Of a stretch of 64,000 bases of DNA, positions 13,304-25,723 are shown one piece after another. Origin of the DNA: Camelus ferus (Eukaryota). The DNA is taken from the NCBI RefSeq assembly GCF_009834535.1, contig NC_045696.1:120840001-120904000 (forward strand), written 5' to 3'. How positions within the stretch are numbered: the stretch's first letter is position 1; every line of letters starts with the position of its first letter. Both the position numbers and the translations under genes were made by a program. Under the pieces are notes generated by a model. It saw only the letters and a list, made by a program, of their open reading frames with translations. It made no database searches and had not been told where the DNA came from.

Positions 13304-14662
13304 TTGAATCATTTCGGAGGCATTCCCTTTGGTTTGGAGGTTGATTCCCAGGGGTGCCCTGTTTCAGCTGCTGTATTTCCTTTCCCTGCAGTGTAAGCAG
13401 CTCACCTACCTTGTGTTACCATTTTTGTATCTCACGTTTTTTGCACAGGATGTGACCACTGTCAGATCACTGTTCTTTTCTTTCTTTTTGTGATTGAAAA
13501 GCCTATACTGCAATTTGAAGTAAATGTTTGCTTTTCTTAGTAAGTGTAAATGGTTGCCTTTTTTTGTCTCTTTTGTTTTTTCAGTATGAGTCTTTGGTTC
13601 AGCAGAATTACTACAAGGCTGTCTAGTGGCATTTAGGTAGTAGGGCAGCCATGTCTGTAACTGACACTTAGGCATAGAATCAAAAATATTTAAGACTGTT
13701 GGGCTGAAATTTATAGGAAGTTTTATTAATGTGTTATGCCTAATTTTAGAGTTAAATATAATTACATACTTTGTCAGATATCATTTTGTCATCCCCTAAA
13801 TATAAATCCAAGTCTCTCATCTGAATATCTGAATTTTACTATTTTTAATATCTTTTTTTGTGTATTTTAAAGAACCTTTCTTAGGAGGTATAGGATGCTG
13901 TACGTAAAGAATAGAAAAGCCACAGCCTGAACAGACGGTTCGGGAGCCGGAGGACGCGTGGAGGACTGCGGCCCTGCTACTCGCCTGTGTGCAGCAACCT
14001 GGCCGAGGCGGCAGCCATGCCCCGAGCCTGCCCTCTGCTCCCTTCTGTCTGTCTGTCCAGTCTCCATGTTTCAGCGGGCGCACCGGGGAGGCGCGGGCTG
14101 GCCCTGGTGTGCCGACAGTGGTTACAGTAGCTTGGTGAGGTACAGGTCGTCGGTGTTGAGTATGCGGCAAATTTGGGCCAGAAATTCAAAATTTGAAATC
14201 AATTTTCCTGTTGAATATTTCTCTCTGAAACAGAAATGAGTCTCAGGTTCTTAATGTTTAATTCTTCTTGAAGTTAGTGAGCTTTGTGCTTTATAATTCT
14301 TCATTTGTCAGCCTGTCAGGATGAAGCACTCTAGTTGTCATCACTAGTGTTACACTGCAGTGTTAGCACTGAAGTGCTGTCATTAACGGTTGGGAAGATG
14401 GCTCTTCTTTGGGTCCTTGGTACTGAAGCTCTTTAGTAGTAGGACCTGAGGTGTCTGCAGTTTATTCTGCTTTATTCTTTAAGGCTCAGTAGTCAAATGT
14501 ACATGGAAGCCATTGTCTCGACTTTATCTTTAGTGACCGTGGGGTCTCGTATGTACATTTTGTAATGAGTTTTCTTCTCTGTTACAAAGACTTGAAAAAC
14601 ATGTTAAGTGCACGTCAGTCTTTTGCTGTCTGCATTTTAGGTTCAGAGTATGATTCATACGA

Positions 14663-14668
14663 AATAAA
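14663..14668 (+). terminator. Distal polyadenylation signal AATAAA of ATP2C1 (long 3' UTR)
   Basis: AATAAA ~1.8 kb after the stop, followed by T-rich sequence. Confidence 0.55.
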
Positions 14669-14777
14669 TGTGCCTATCCTTTTGTTCAGATTTTGAACCT
14701 CCCCCCAGAATGATTTCCTGCCATAAGTTAATGTTCTTCCAGTTTCAACTATTAACATTAAAATCTTGTGGATGTTG

Positions 14778-14953
14778 GGGGGGGTGGTATAGCTCAGTGG
14801 TAGAGTGAATGCTTAGCATGCATGAGGTCCTAGTTTCAATCCCCAGTACCTCTGTTAAAAAACAAATTAATATAAATAAATAAACCTAATTACCTCCCCC
14901 AAACAAACAAAAACAAACAAAAAAACAAATAAATACATTAAAATTTTAAAAAT
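14778..14953 (+). mobile_element. tRNA-derived SINE, Vic-1-like
   Basis: A box (TAGCTCAGTGG), B box (TTTCAATCC), AAACCTAATTACCTCCCC body and A-rich tail; TSD AAAATCTTRTGGRTGTTG at 14760-14777 and 14954-14971. Confidence 0.85.
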
Positions 14954-17900
14954 AAAATCTTATGGGTGTTGAAGATACAGAAATTAGGCAGTACTCATAG
15001 TACAGAGAGTGTGATTTAACAGGAAGCGAGATGTATGGTACAGGCACACTATATCTGTGTAACAGGTTTTCCATAGTATAACAACAAATCACTGTGTGTG
15101 TGTGTGTATTTTGTGTTGTATATCATCTGAATTAGCATAATCATTCAAATCCACTAGTATCTAAATTTTTCAGTTTTTATTTTTTGCCCCATTTCTTGGC
15201 CCTCGGACTTGCTAGAGTCCCTAAAACACTAACTTACTTGATTTTTCCTTGCTAGAATACCTCATGAAGTTATTGACTTCAAATTGATTAAACAGCAGGA
15301 AAGAAAAGAAGGGAACTTTAAGTAGCTCACTGACCAGGTAGACAGTCCTCAGATGGTGAAAACTGGCTGCAGAGGGGACAGCGCTGGGCACGTCCTCTCA
15401 CGTCTGTTCCGGGCACTGCATGACCTAGTGATAACCCCCCCCCCGCCCCCGCCACATACAGGCTTTACTTAATAGCAGTAACCACACCACAAGGATAAAT
15501 CACATTTTTTACCTTCATACCTATGCAGGGTACATCTTTTACATCAGTTGTCTTCCTGAAGTCATTTTGTAAGTTTTGACCTCTTTCCTGTGGTGCACAA
15601 GTAAAGTGAGTACTGGCCATAATCAAAATAGTTTCTCAGTGAAGTGAATTGGTGGCAAACAATCAATGTCACATCTAAGAACCTTAATTAACTTTGCTAC
15701 CTTTTGTCATTTGGCAGTTCCTATGCATTTTGCTTCTACGCATGACCAACCCAGAAACATGGAGGGATGAGTTTTGTCAATTCATTGAACTTCTGTTGAG
15801 CACCTGGCGTGATGAGGCATGGAAAGGTGATGACGGCGTCCCTGCCCTTCAGGGGCGCGAGGACAGGGTTAGCGGAGGGTACACCTCTTACCAAGCTGTT
15901 TCATGAAAGTTAGTGGTCCTGGCATTCACACACATTAAGATGAATCCAGTACACATTTCTGGAGATTTCCATTGACGCTGGCATTTGGAAATCTTTGAAA
16001 TACCTTTTTAGACTAGGCTGCAGTGTGAGCAATAGCTGATTTGCATACTAAGACATGGTGTGGATAAATACTACCCCTGTGTGATACGCGCCCGGACAGA
16101 AGAGCATCCTGATCATTAAGCTCCCTTGAGCTCAGTTAGCACTGGTATGACCACTGACTCTTGTTGGATTTGGGGGTTTGGTTTTTAGTGTTGGTTATTG
16201 TTAATGATGGATAATGGTTAACCAGTCCTTCATGTTACCTTAGGTATGATAGTCTGCAAATATTTTTGCAGGTTCAGATTTTGGAAGCTCTCAGTCATAA
16301 CCCTGGAGACCAGAGTGAAAGACACTGGGGGCAGTGGTAAGTGCTGCCGCACACGCTTCAGCAGCCAAAGCAGAGGGCGCGTCACGGGAGGAGGCTGGCC
16401 AGGAAATTGCCTAGAACTCGTGGTGTCTGAATCAAGCCTTGGTTGAGACTCTTGAGCTAAGAACAGCAGGACACTGCAGCCAAACGGCAGAGCCCTGCAG
16501 AGGTGCTGGTGGGTCTGGAAGGAGCAGGTGAAAGCCACGGGAGTTTGGGGCTGAGGTGGGAGATGTATGATGCCAGGGGCTGCAGGGAGGGCAGGAGCCA
16601 AGGGATGAAGGTGATGACTTCGCCTTGCAGCCTGCGGGAGGGCTTCAGAGCTGGTACGAGTTAGATTTCTGGTTACGAGTTGTAACCTGACAGAAGCACA
16701 GAGGCGGCTTGTGAGGACAAAGACCTGCAGAAGCTAAGGGGTGGAGGGCCTGAGCTGTGGCAGCCAGCCCGGAGGGCAAGGCTCGGACCCTCCCTTCTGG
16801 GGGGAGCTCGGACGCGGCATGGAAGATGGCCCAGCGTCCAGCTGCTTCTGGTTTGGATACCTGTGGCCTTTGGTGGGACACAGGTCAGTGTGAAATGTAG
16901 AGTCTGTGGCGTCCTTTCCCAGGGGACATGTCAGAGTACACTGCTAGCACAGGGTGAATCAAAGCCAAGGCTCATTATAAAGTAGTAGGAAAATGATTTC
17001 TTACAAGCATCGATTTTTTTTTTTGAAAAATTGTGGTAAAATAAAGCAGTAAAGGAGTATTATTTCAGCTTTGACAGAATAAGATACTTACTGAAAGTAG
17101 TTTCTTTATTATAGTAATATTAAGAATCAGTGAACAGTATAATAAATTCAGAATGCAGGGTGAAAAGACAACATTTAGCCTCCTTTGTTTATAGAGCTTT
17201 CAAAGTGAACCTGTTATGAGGTTACTGACTGGAAAACACCAATCTGAATTATTGGTGGCACATCTTTTGATATTTGCAATAAAACACTCTCGTAAGAGGT
17301 AAGAGAGTATATATAGCAAAGAACTATGTACCTACACTGAAGTTAGCTGTGTGTGGAAACCCAGTAAGTAACATTAACACTAGAAAACAGCTACTTGCTC
17401 CAAACAAATAATTTATGGCTGGTGAGGAGAGGAGAAAACAATGTTCAGGTTTTTTGTCTTTTCCATTTTACTCATAATTCTCTGGATCTTTCTAGCCTCA
17501 AATCCCACATGATGTTCCAACACAGTCCATTTCCTGGTCTTTTTGGACAGTATTCCTTCAATTTGAAATACTTTTTCCTCTGTCTCAACTTTGAGAATCA
17601 GAACTTTTTCCTGTTCTTCAAAGCCCAGCTGAAGAGCCAACCAGGATGGCCTTTCCGGGCGGCTCTAAAGATGTATGTTAAGAATAAATGCGGCCATAAG
17701 TTTAGGCATTAAATTGTGGGATTTTATTTTTTAGAAAGCATTAAAAATGTAAGTCTAAGCCACTTAAATTGATAAAGCTAGACAGAAATTTGGTTTAATC
17801 TTCTCTTTTCATTGAAACAAGGTTTAAGTGGTGCTGTTTGGGTAGGAAGAATATTCGAGCCATTGTATCCTTACGAAAAAACCCTGCTGGTGTTCCTATG

Positions 17901-18858
17901 TGCGTGCGGGTGTGGTGACTGCCCATATTTGCACGCTGCTCCAGGCAGGCAGTGTGCGGATCACGGGTCACCTGGCTCCACCCATCCTCTCCCTTTTTGC
18001 GCAAGTCTAGCCAGAGTGACAAACATCCTAGCAGAGGCCCTCGTTGCTGCGGTGGCCCCATGGCTGTCAGACCTGGCTGAACAGCCTCTCACACATCAGT
18101 GCAGGCCGCCCATCACCACTAGTTCTTCAGCAGTGACCACAGTGTTTACTGAGACAAGTGTTTTCTGAGTGGAAACCACAGCTCACAGTATTAACAGCTC
18201 ACAGTGCTAGAAATTGGGCACATGGTTCTATGTGACCCTGGAGAGGTGCATTTTTGTTTTCTGGCTATTTCCAGCTTTTCAACTCAAAACAAAATATGCT
18301 TTTTAATACAGAGTTGTTTTTTTTTTTTTAATACCCATTCACTCAACTGTATTAAAAGTGAGTTTCTGTTAAGGCTTTCCCTTTGACAGGTACACTGAAG
18401 TGCCTGTTGAGAAGTGACAGTTTGGTGCCATCTTACGCTCTTAAAGAAAATACCGTAGTGCCTTGACCATTTGCTCTTTTCCATCAAGTCTGCAACTTAC
18501 AAAAGCATAATGTGAACCAGCTTGTTACGTGAGTCCTACAGAATATTATCCTTGGAGCAGTATATAGCAGGCCCCCACCAAACAGGATGGCAGAAGGAAC
18601 ATGCTTGATAGGAGAGACAAGCCAGGCTTTGCTGAAGCACAGTGAAGTCACTTTTAGGGAGTTACACACGATACGTCTTCACCTTTCTCATGTGCATCCA
18701 TACGGTTTCCTAATAGGACTGCATGAGAATTTATAAGCATCTTTGTACATGGGGCAGGTCTAGGCTGCCCATGAATTGTTTAGAGGTGTTACAAGTTAGG
18801 GAAACAGTTTATTTTAGTAGCTCCTTAACTTAGTCACACGGTACTGTTGACTCAGCAT

Positions 18859-19040
18859 CAGGGTTGACAAACCATGGCTGCAAGTTTCAGTGGACCCCAG
18901 CTACACATGCTCACTCAGACAGGGCTGACCACTCACTCAGGTGCAGCTGGAGACATGTGGCTGTACGGAGGCCACGAGGCCTATGAAACCCAAAATGCTT
19001 ACCTTCTGAGCCTTTATGGGGGAGGGCTGCCTGCCCGTGT
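18859..19040. mobile_element. MER58-like hAT MITE
   Basis: Termini CAGGGTTGACAAAC...CCTGCCCGTG and internal AAAATGCTTACC/CCTTTA resemble MER58A. Confidence 0.5.
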
Positions 19041-20944
19041 AGGTACTCAGAAAGGAGGACAGGCTCACGCACCGCTCGGTTTCCCTACCCTTCAGGCTCC
19101 CAGCAGGACACTGCCTCTGGGATGGATGCAGTTGGTACCTGACTGCCGTCAGGGACTGGGTCTCCACTGAGGCTCCTGTACAGGGGCCAGTCTCAGCCTG
19201 CGCCCAGAACGCCGTCTGTAGGACAGACGTGCCGCTGTTATCTGTCCCAGCTCATCTCCCAAGACGCCTTGTTCTTGTCATGGGTGGACTGTCTGATCTA
19301 TTGTCCCATCCGAGTTGTGGTCCTCAACACACACAGACATACACATCCCCCCCAAGCTTTTATTGTAGAGTCTGCCCCTCTCTGGTCCACCTGCCTCCTC
19401 CCACCCACTGGACGTACAGGAGAAGTGGGGGCTGCCCTCTCTTCCCAGCACAAACACAGAAACAGGCTTAACTTGAGCAGGCTGGAGTCTGTTCTCTTGC
19501 TTACAGAAGACGAAGTTTAGTAATAGTAGAAACCAAAGTAAACTACTATTCCAGCCTTAGAGAAAAATACACTTTAACTAATTTTCTCAGAACAGAATAT
19601 TCTAAACCAAAACATTTGCATAGTATTTATATTTCTAAGGTAAAGTTATGACAGTATTTCGTAGTGAATTCCTCTTCACGTCCACCCTTGGCTGTCTGAC
19701 TATCAAAATAGCTTTACAAAGTAAATTATGGTTATCATGATAGGGTCAGTTTCTTTAGTTTGTTAAAAAAAAACCAACCAAACAAAACAAGTTGCATGAC
19801 TCTGGGAGTCTGAAGGGCTCCAGGACTTCGGGCACTTGGGTCTGTGGACGTCACCACTCCCAGATTTCAACACCAAAGGCCCCTGCCCACCACCTTTACC
19901 TCTTGTTTTCCTTAGGTTTGGGGGCAAGACAAGGGAACAGCAGAAGCGTGCTCTCTCGAGGCCATGTTTCCTAGAGTCTTCAACTGTGACAAACATTTCT
20001 CTGATTATAATAGGACAGCATTCTCGTTGGAGATATTTGCAAACACAGGAATAGAAGAAGAACACATTTCGTAATTTCATCACCCAAAGACTTTAATCTC
20101 AGCTGCAGACATATATCCAGTGGCCTAGCAAGATTGTTAGCACCTGAAAGGTATGCCTAACTTACATCCACCACAGAACCACTGGTTCCCTCACTTCCCA
20201 GCCACACCCCATCCTGCACAAATGTATGGCAACTGAGTAGGGAATCTGAAAACGGGGTTTCCCTTCCAGTATTTTAATGAAAGCATAAAAATGCTGTGTT
20301 GTCACAGCAATTTTAGCAATAATCTATAGCAGTTCTCAGTATGTTTACAAACTCCATTTTTTTTCAGAGTAATTTTAGTATGTATGTACTCAGAAAAAGG
20401 TTTCCACATCAGAGTGAGTTTACCTGATAATAGGCAGATTAACCCACATGGAACACCCTGCATCATGAAATAACAGTCATACTGTGTGTCCATGACAGCA
20501 AGCACTGAGGCCCCGTGCAGAGGGGACTGTGTCTTTCTTGTCAGCGTCCTTTGATTTGTTCCCTCCTCCCCTTGTGGAACACATGAACCAGAGGAAGACT
20601 GAGGGGAGGGGGGTGGCTGGATAGACAACACAGTTTTTCCACAAGAACCAGCCCTTCAGTTAGTCCTCCAGAAAGCACTAATTATATGTAAATTTTCTAG
20701 TTCTTGAGTGCTAGCTTAAGCGATGGTATAATTTTTTCACAAAGTCAAATGAGTCAGTCTTAGAAATTATCAAAAATCTAAAACTGATAGGTTCTGATCA
20801 ATTGTTTTGTTTCAGTTTGTTTTTTTGCAAAAAACATTCCTAGATACTCCCTGATCTTACTGACAGTGGGTTATATTGTACATAGAAATATCCAAGTGTC
20901 TTCTAAAGTGGTAATGGGAAAATTGTTTCTTAAAATATGTGTGT

Positions 20945-21012
20945 ACACACACACACACACACATACATACATACATACATACATACATACATACATACAT
21001 ACATACATACAT
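20945..21012. repeat. Compound microsatellite (CA)n(TACA)n
   Basis: Seen directly. Confidence 0.95.
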
Positions 21013-23319
21013 CTAATAAATACTGAAAGATTTAGTTGTTTTAACCAAATACCTAAAATGTTGTCAATACAATTAGGGATAAAAGTGATTGCTTGTGCAT
21101 TGCGGTGTGCTCATATGAAATTTGATTTCTCTCCCTGAAAACTGAATCCAGTGAAACTAGCTGGAACACTCCATGCATTACTTCATTCATCCATTTCTCC
21201 CATGTGAACAGACTGTACACTGCCTGGGGCCAGTCCCTGCTTTTGAAGTTTAAAACATTTTTCCTCAGCATGAGGTTCTTGTTTAGAATTTATATAACTG
21301 GATAGGCTTGAAGTTTGGCGTTACTCAGACCTGGAGAGGAATGCCAAAGCAACATGTCCTGTATGCTCAGAAAAGTTGTGCAGGTGGAGAGGCATCTTTT
21401 TAATATAGCTGTCCAAAATAAACAGTATTTCAGTTCAATTTGGTACAAAGGATGGAATCATTTCTAGCTGCCTTGACTGAAATTTATTACAGACAGACAT
21501 GTTGAGATAAATACCGAGTGCCCCACGTGCCCCTCGTATTTGTTTGGTAAACCCCTCAGACACCCTGTGGGTTGCCTGCTGACCTCTGGCTTGACAGATA
21601 CAGATGTGTTCCAGGGAGGCGCCCTTCCTGAGTTCTCACAGAGAGGAGTTAGTGGACACGATTGGATTTTAACTCCTTTACTGCAAGGCTGGGTAACTGC
21701 AAGTGAAAGGCCCTGACTGCAGTGGCTGCAGAAGGAACCTGGCTTCTCATGTCAACGGAAGGGAGCCCCTTGCTTGAAAACTTCCGTCTAATGAAGAAAA
21801 AAGTGAGCGATAGAATTTAGTGACTTTACATTCTGTAGTCCTACATGCCTTGGTCTGGTGCCTGTCAGACCAGTTATTTGCCATAGTGGAAGCAGGAGTG
21901 AACAGGTTTTTCTTGGGAGGTTGATGGTTTTCAGAAGCAGTGCTGATGGTGAGCCAGGAAACAGGACACTCCTGTTGGTAGGATTTCCAGATTGGCCCGA
22001 CTCCAGGAATTGGGGAGAGTTTTCATACTACAAAGATCTTACGTGCATACAGTCCCCATTAGATCCATTATTCGCTAGAAACACATGTATCTTCTCAAAA
22101 ATTGATGCATGTGACTGCTCTTTTCTTGGTTCTGGGAATCTTTAGAAATAGAAACCACCCTCCTACAGCCCCATGCACTCTTAAACAAAAATTTCCTTTC
22201 AAGAACTCTTATTTGAAACAGAAACCAGGCTTTCGGCTTGAAAACTTTAGGAGCCTGTGAGATTGTGTTTCTGCATTTTGTTAAACGGCTCAAGCCAGAC
22301 CCTTGGGAGGTGTGTGTGTGTGGCCCTGGCTTTTGCTGGCTGACCTGTTCTAAGAGTACTGTGCCTCGTGGGAAGTAGAGGGAACTCTTTCCCAGAGACT
22401 GAGAAATTATGATAGGCCTGCTCAAAAAAAAAAAAAAAAAAAAAAAAAAACAGCTTAAAACCAGTTAGCTGCTGATGGAACATTCCAAGGAGAGCAGAGA
22501 AGAGGAACAGAATTGGTCTGAATACCCAGGAAGGGAAGGGCGGGCTGTACCTTCAGATTGACAGGTCTTACCCCACCTGTTCACTCCACCTGCTTTTTCA
22601 TTCTCAAGTCCTTTATTTGGAACTGGCCAGGGCCCTTGCGATCCTGCTGGTGTGTGTACTCCAGCAGCCTCTCATGTGTTCCAGGCCAGTGCCTCTAAAT
22701 GTCTCGACTGCAGGCCGGTACCTTAACCGTCCATATATGATGTGCATGTCCGATGTGGTCCATCTAAAATGCTGGTTACGACTCCGCCGGTTAGTTTCAC
22801 ATCCCGTAGTGGCTCAGCTGGCAGCGTAAGCAGCAGCCTGGCTTCCGACTCTGCTGCACACCTCTGACACCTCTGATATTTTACTGTCTTGTTCTCTGGA
22901 TTTAGCGTCTCAGGATGCTGTTTCTTATTTTGTTGGGACCATTACAGTTTCAATTTCTGTTTTAAAACCTGGGCACATTTAAATCACTTATCAGCCTTGC
23001 CATGGTCTCCTTGACAAAGCATTTAAAGGTCTGTCGTTTCTTGTCTGGCTCACATCTACCTTCCAATGCCTGGACCTTTTATAATAAAGGATGAAAAGGA
23101 AACAGATGTAAAAAAAAATATTGTCTTAAATGGTAATAATCCAGCTTCAGCTTACAGGAAGTCACTGACGTAGGACTTCTTTTTGAAAACAGCTTGGCTG
23201 AGTTGCTGCAATTTGAAGGTTACAGACTATTATTAACTTAGTGAAGTGGAACATGAGACATACAAACATGTTTTCCAATGTGTTTAAGGAATACAGACGT
23301 TTACTTAAATCAGGTTGCA

Positions 23320-23325
23320 TTTATT
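23320..23325 (-). terminator. Polyadenylation signal AATAAA of ASTE1
   Basis: TTTATT on the plus strand ~150 nt beyond the ASTE1 stop. Confidence 0.7.
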
Positions 23326-23472
23326 AAAAGTAGAATACAAAATACCTTGGAATTCACAGATTACCCACTACATGTTTATCCCCTAACAATTAATTCTGAA
23401 GAAAAGTCAGTCATTTCAAGGGCGGCAACGACAGTTTTCAGTAAGAATTCCACCTGTGGTGGCAGCCGGCAT

Positions 23473-23803
23473 TCATGCCAGCTCAGAGGCCTCCATGCAT
23501 CCCTCCAGGTTCTCGACCATTAACAGCCCAAACCGATTGCCTCCCTCGTACCAATTTCCCATGTCTGAGATGGCCCCCACTCTGTTCTTGGACCCGCTGC
23601 TGCCTTGTTTCTTTTGCCTTTTTTTTTTGGAGTTTGACTTGCTTTTTGGTAGGAAGAGTTCAGCAGGGGCACAGGACCTCGTGGCGTGGATCAGGCACTC
23701 GTAAAGCTGCTGCGCCTCGGGACACCCGCGCAGGAGCCCCTCCGCCGAGGCTGATGTCAGCAGGCGGTGGCACAGCCCGTGTGCCAGGCTCCCGCTGTAC
23801 ACG
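23473..23803 (-). CDS. ASTE1: Asteroid homolog 1, last coding exon (VYSGSLAHG...SKKKRQKK...EASELA*)
   Basis: cag| acceptor at 23806-23804, 331 nt, stop TGA; basic NLS-like tract; matches the recalled ASTE1 C-terminus. Confidence 0.93.
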
Positions 23804-24337
23804 CTGCTCAACGGGAGAGGAGAGGGCGTCGTTAATGCCAGGTCCGGTGCCGGGACGATGCTGCCCCGGCCCACCGGCCCGTCCCATACTGAGTGTGTCC
23901 CGCCTCTAACATCTCTCTGCTAAAATGACTTAAGAATAGTCTGTTTCTTGAAGGAAGGAACTGAATTGTTGTTACAAACATTATTTCTTGGCTGATATTT
24001 AGAACTTTTTGTCAACAAATTAAGTGATGGATGCTTGCTGGTTCTGCAACAAGCCCAGAGCCAAGCAGGCCTCTTAACACTTCAAAGAAAAGGAACTGAA
24101 AATGCCTTTGAAAATAGCAAACAGGCAGTCTGTTGAAATACGAGAAAACTTAATCACATCATTTGCAAGGTTACTCATTCACTTGGATTAATGAAAACCT
24201 ACTTCACAAATGTAAGACGGGACTGACTGGAAGCCACAAATTTATTAGTTAACTTACTGCCAGGGTTGGGCAGTGGTGCCTTAGAAACTGGTGCAGAACC
24301 ATCCTTTAATCAGCATAAAAGCATTTAAAAAGCCTTG

Positions 24338-24419
24338 CTATTAACGCAACATTGTAAACCGACTATACTTCAATTTAAAAAAATTAAAACAATGGAACTG
24401 TTTAAATAAATAAAATATG
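24338..24419 (+). mobile_element. Very short 5'-truncated L1 3' terminus
   Basis: ACATTGTAAACCGACTATACTTCAATT plus A-rich tail; candidate TSD AAGCCTTG at 24330-24337 and 24420-24427. Confidence 0.6.
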
Positions 24420-25533
24420 AAGCCTTGGTTACGCTGAGATGCAAGGACAGTCCTGCTGACACCACTCTTAAGGGGACTGTTTGGCCTCGCTTTTGCTGTT
24501 GTTTTAGAGGCACCTGTGGTAACCGGAGAGGATCCAGTCAAGGATGACCCGAATTAGGAAAGGAAAGCCATAAAGAGTCCGGAGGTCAAAGGCCAGCCTG
24601 TCTTACTCGGTAGAAGGTTCTAGGGCGTGCTGACGACACTACTGCCAGGACGCTTTCACCATGAGACAGTCACAGTCACGCCTGCGTTTACTGTGCGCCT
24701 CCGGATGTCACTCATTTCTTTACTCAGCAAATATCTGAGTCCCTGCCATGTGCTGGGCCCTGGGGCTACAAGAGTAAACAGACAGCCAAGTCCCAGCCCC
24801 GCCCGACTCGTGGTCCAGGGCAGAGACGCGGCACCAGAATCTAACTCCCTCTCTAACCGTCTCCCTTTCATCTCCCTCCCCCAGCACCCCCGCCCCCAGG
24901 AGTACCCCCTGGACCAGGACACCGGCCCGCTGAGCCCGCCTGCTCCTGCCCACCCTCCTGCCGTCCTGCCTTCCCACTCAGCTCCTGGCATGCAGGCTGC
25001 CTCCCCTCATCCTCCACCCTGTGGAGCCCCCAGCAGAAACCCAGTGGCGTCTAACTGTCCTCTCACTGAGACGAGGGCTCTGTGACAGCCTTGCACATGG
25101 TGGGCATTGAGTAGATATGTGCGCGAATGTGCGGACAAGCGGCAGGAAATGTGATCACAGAAGCAGAGTAACGGGGCTGGGTGACTGGAGGCAGAGAGGA
25201 CTGTGTCCGCAGGAGCATCAGAGAGAAAGAGCCTCTGTAACGGGGCGTCTCAGCGCAGGCCTGAGAGACAGGAGCCAGCAGGTCACATCCCATCACCACT
25301 GTGTCTCCTCTCACCTGTACTGAGTTTTAACAATCTGATCCAGTCATGGAAACATCCTTTGGGAATATGGAGCTCAGTATTTTTAAAATCAGTATTAAGC
25401 TCTTCAGCTTTAACAGTGATCCAGGACCAGTTATACTAAGATTCATTAAAAAAAAAAAAAATCTCCTTTGCTTTATGAGTAGGTGGGAGTGTTTCCCTGT
25501 TTGCATGGCACTGAGCCAGGTCCCGGGACTTAC

Positions 25534-25723
25534 CAGGTGAGGTCGGGCTCCAGGAGAGGTGCGGCCAGCAGCTGGTTAAGGTACAGCCCCATCTGCAGAC
25601 AGCACTGCCACTGGCAGAAGGTGTGGGCCGCGTCCAGGTCCAGCCCCGGGCCCGGCGGCGCCCTGGCCCCCTGCAGCTCCTCGCACAGCGCCAGGGCACC
25701 GACCCAGCGCTGGCCCGCCTCGT
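25534..25723 (-). CDS. ASTE1: Asteroid homolog 1 exon (DEAGQRW...LDLDAAHTFCQWQCCLQMGLYLNQLLAAPLLEPDLT)
   Basis: ccctag| acceptor, |gtaagt donor, 190 nt, phases 1/2 consistent. Confidence 0.93.

Noticed and set aside
14778..14852. tRNA gene-like sequence (also at 58645-58717 and 63764-63835)
   Set aside because: A-rich tails and target-site duplications show these are SINEs, not tRNA genes
22600..23075. Possible alternative terminal ASTE1 exon (minus-strand aag| at ~23075, AATAAA at 22612-22617)
   Set aside because: Weak acceptor, short unrecognisable ORF and no supporting evidence
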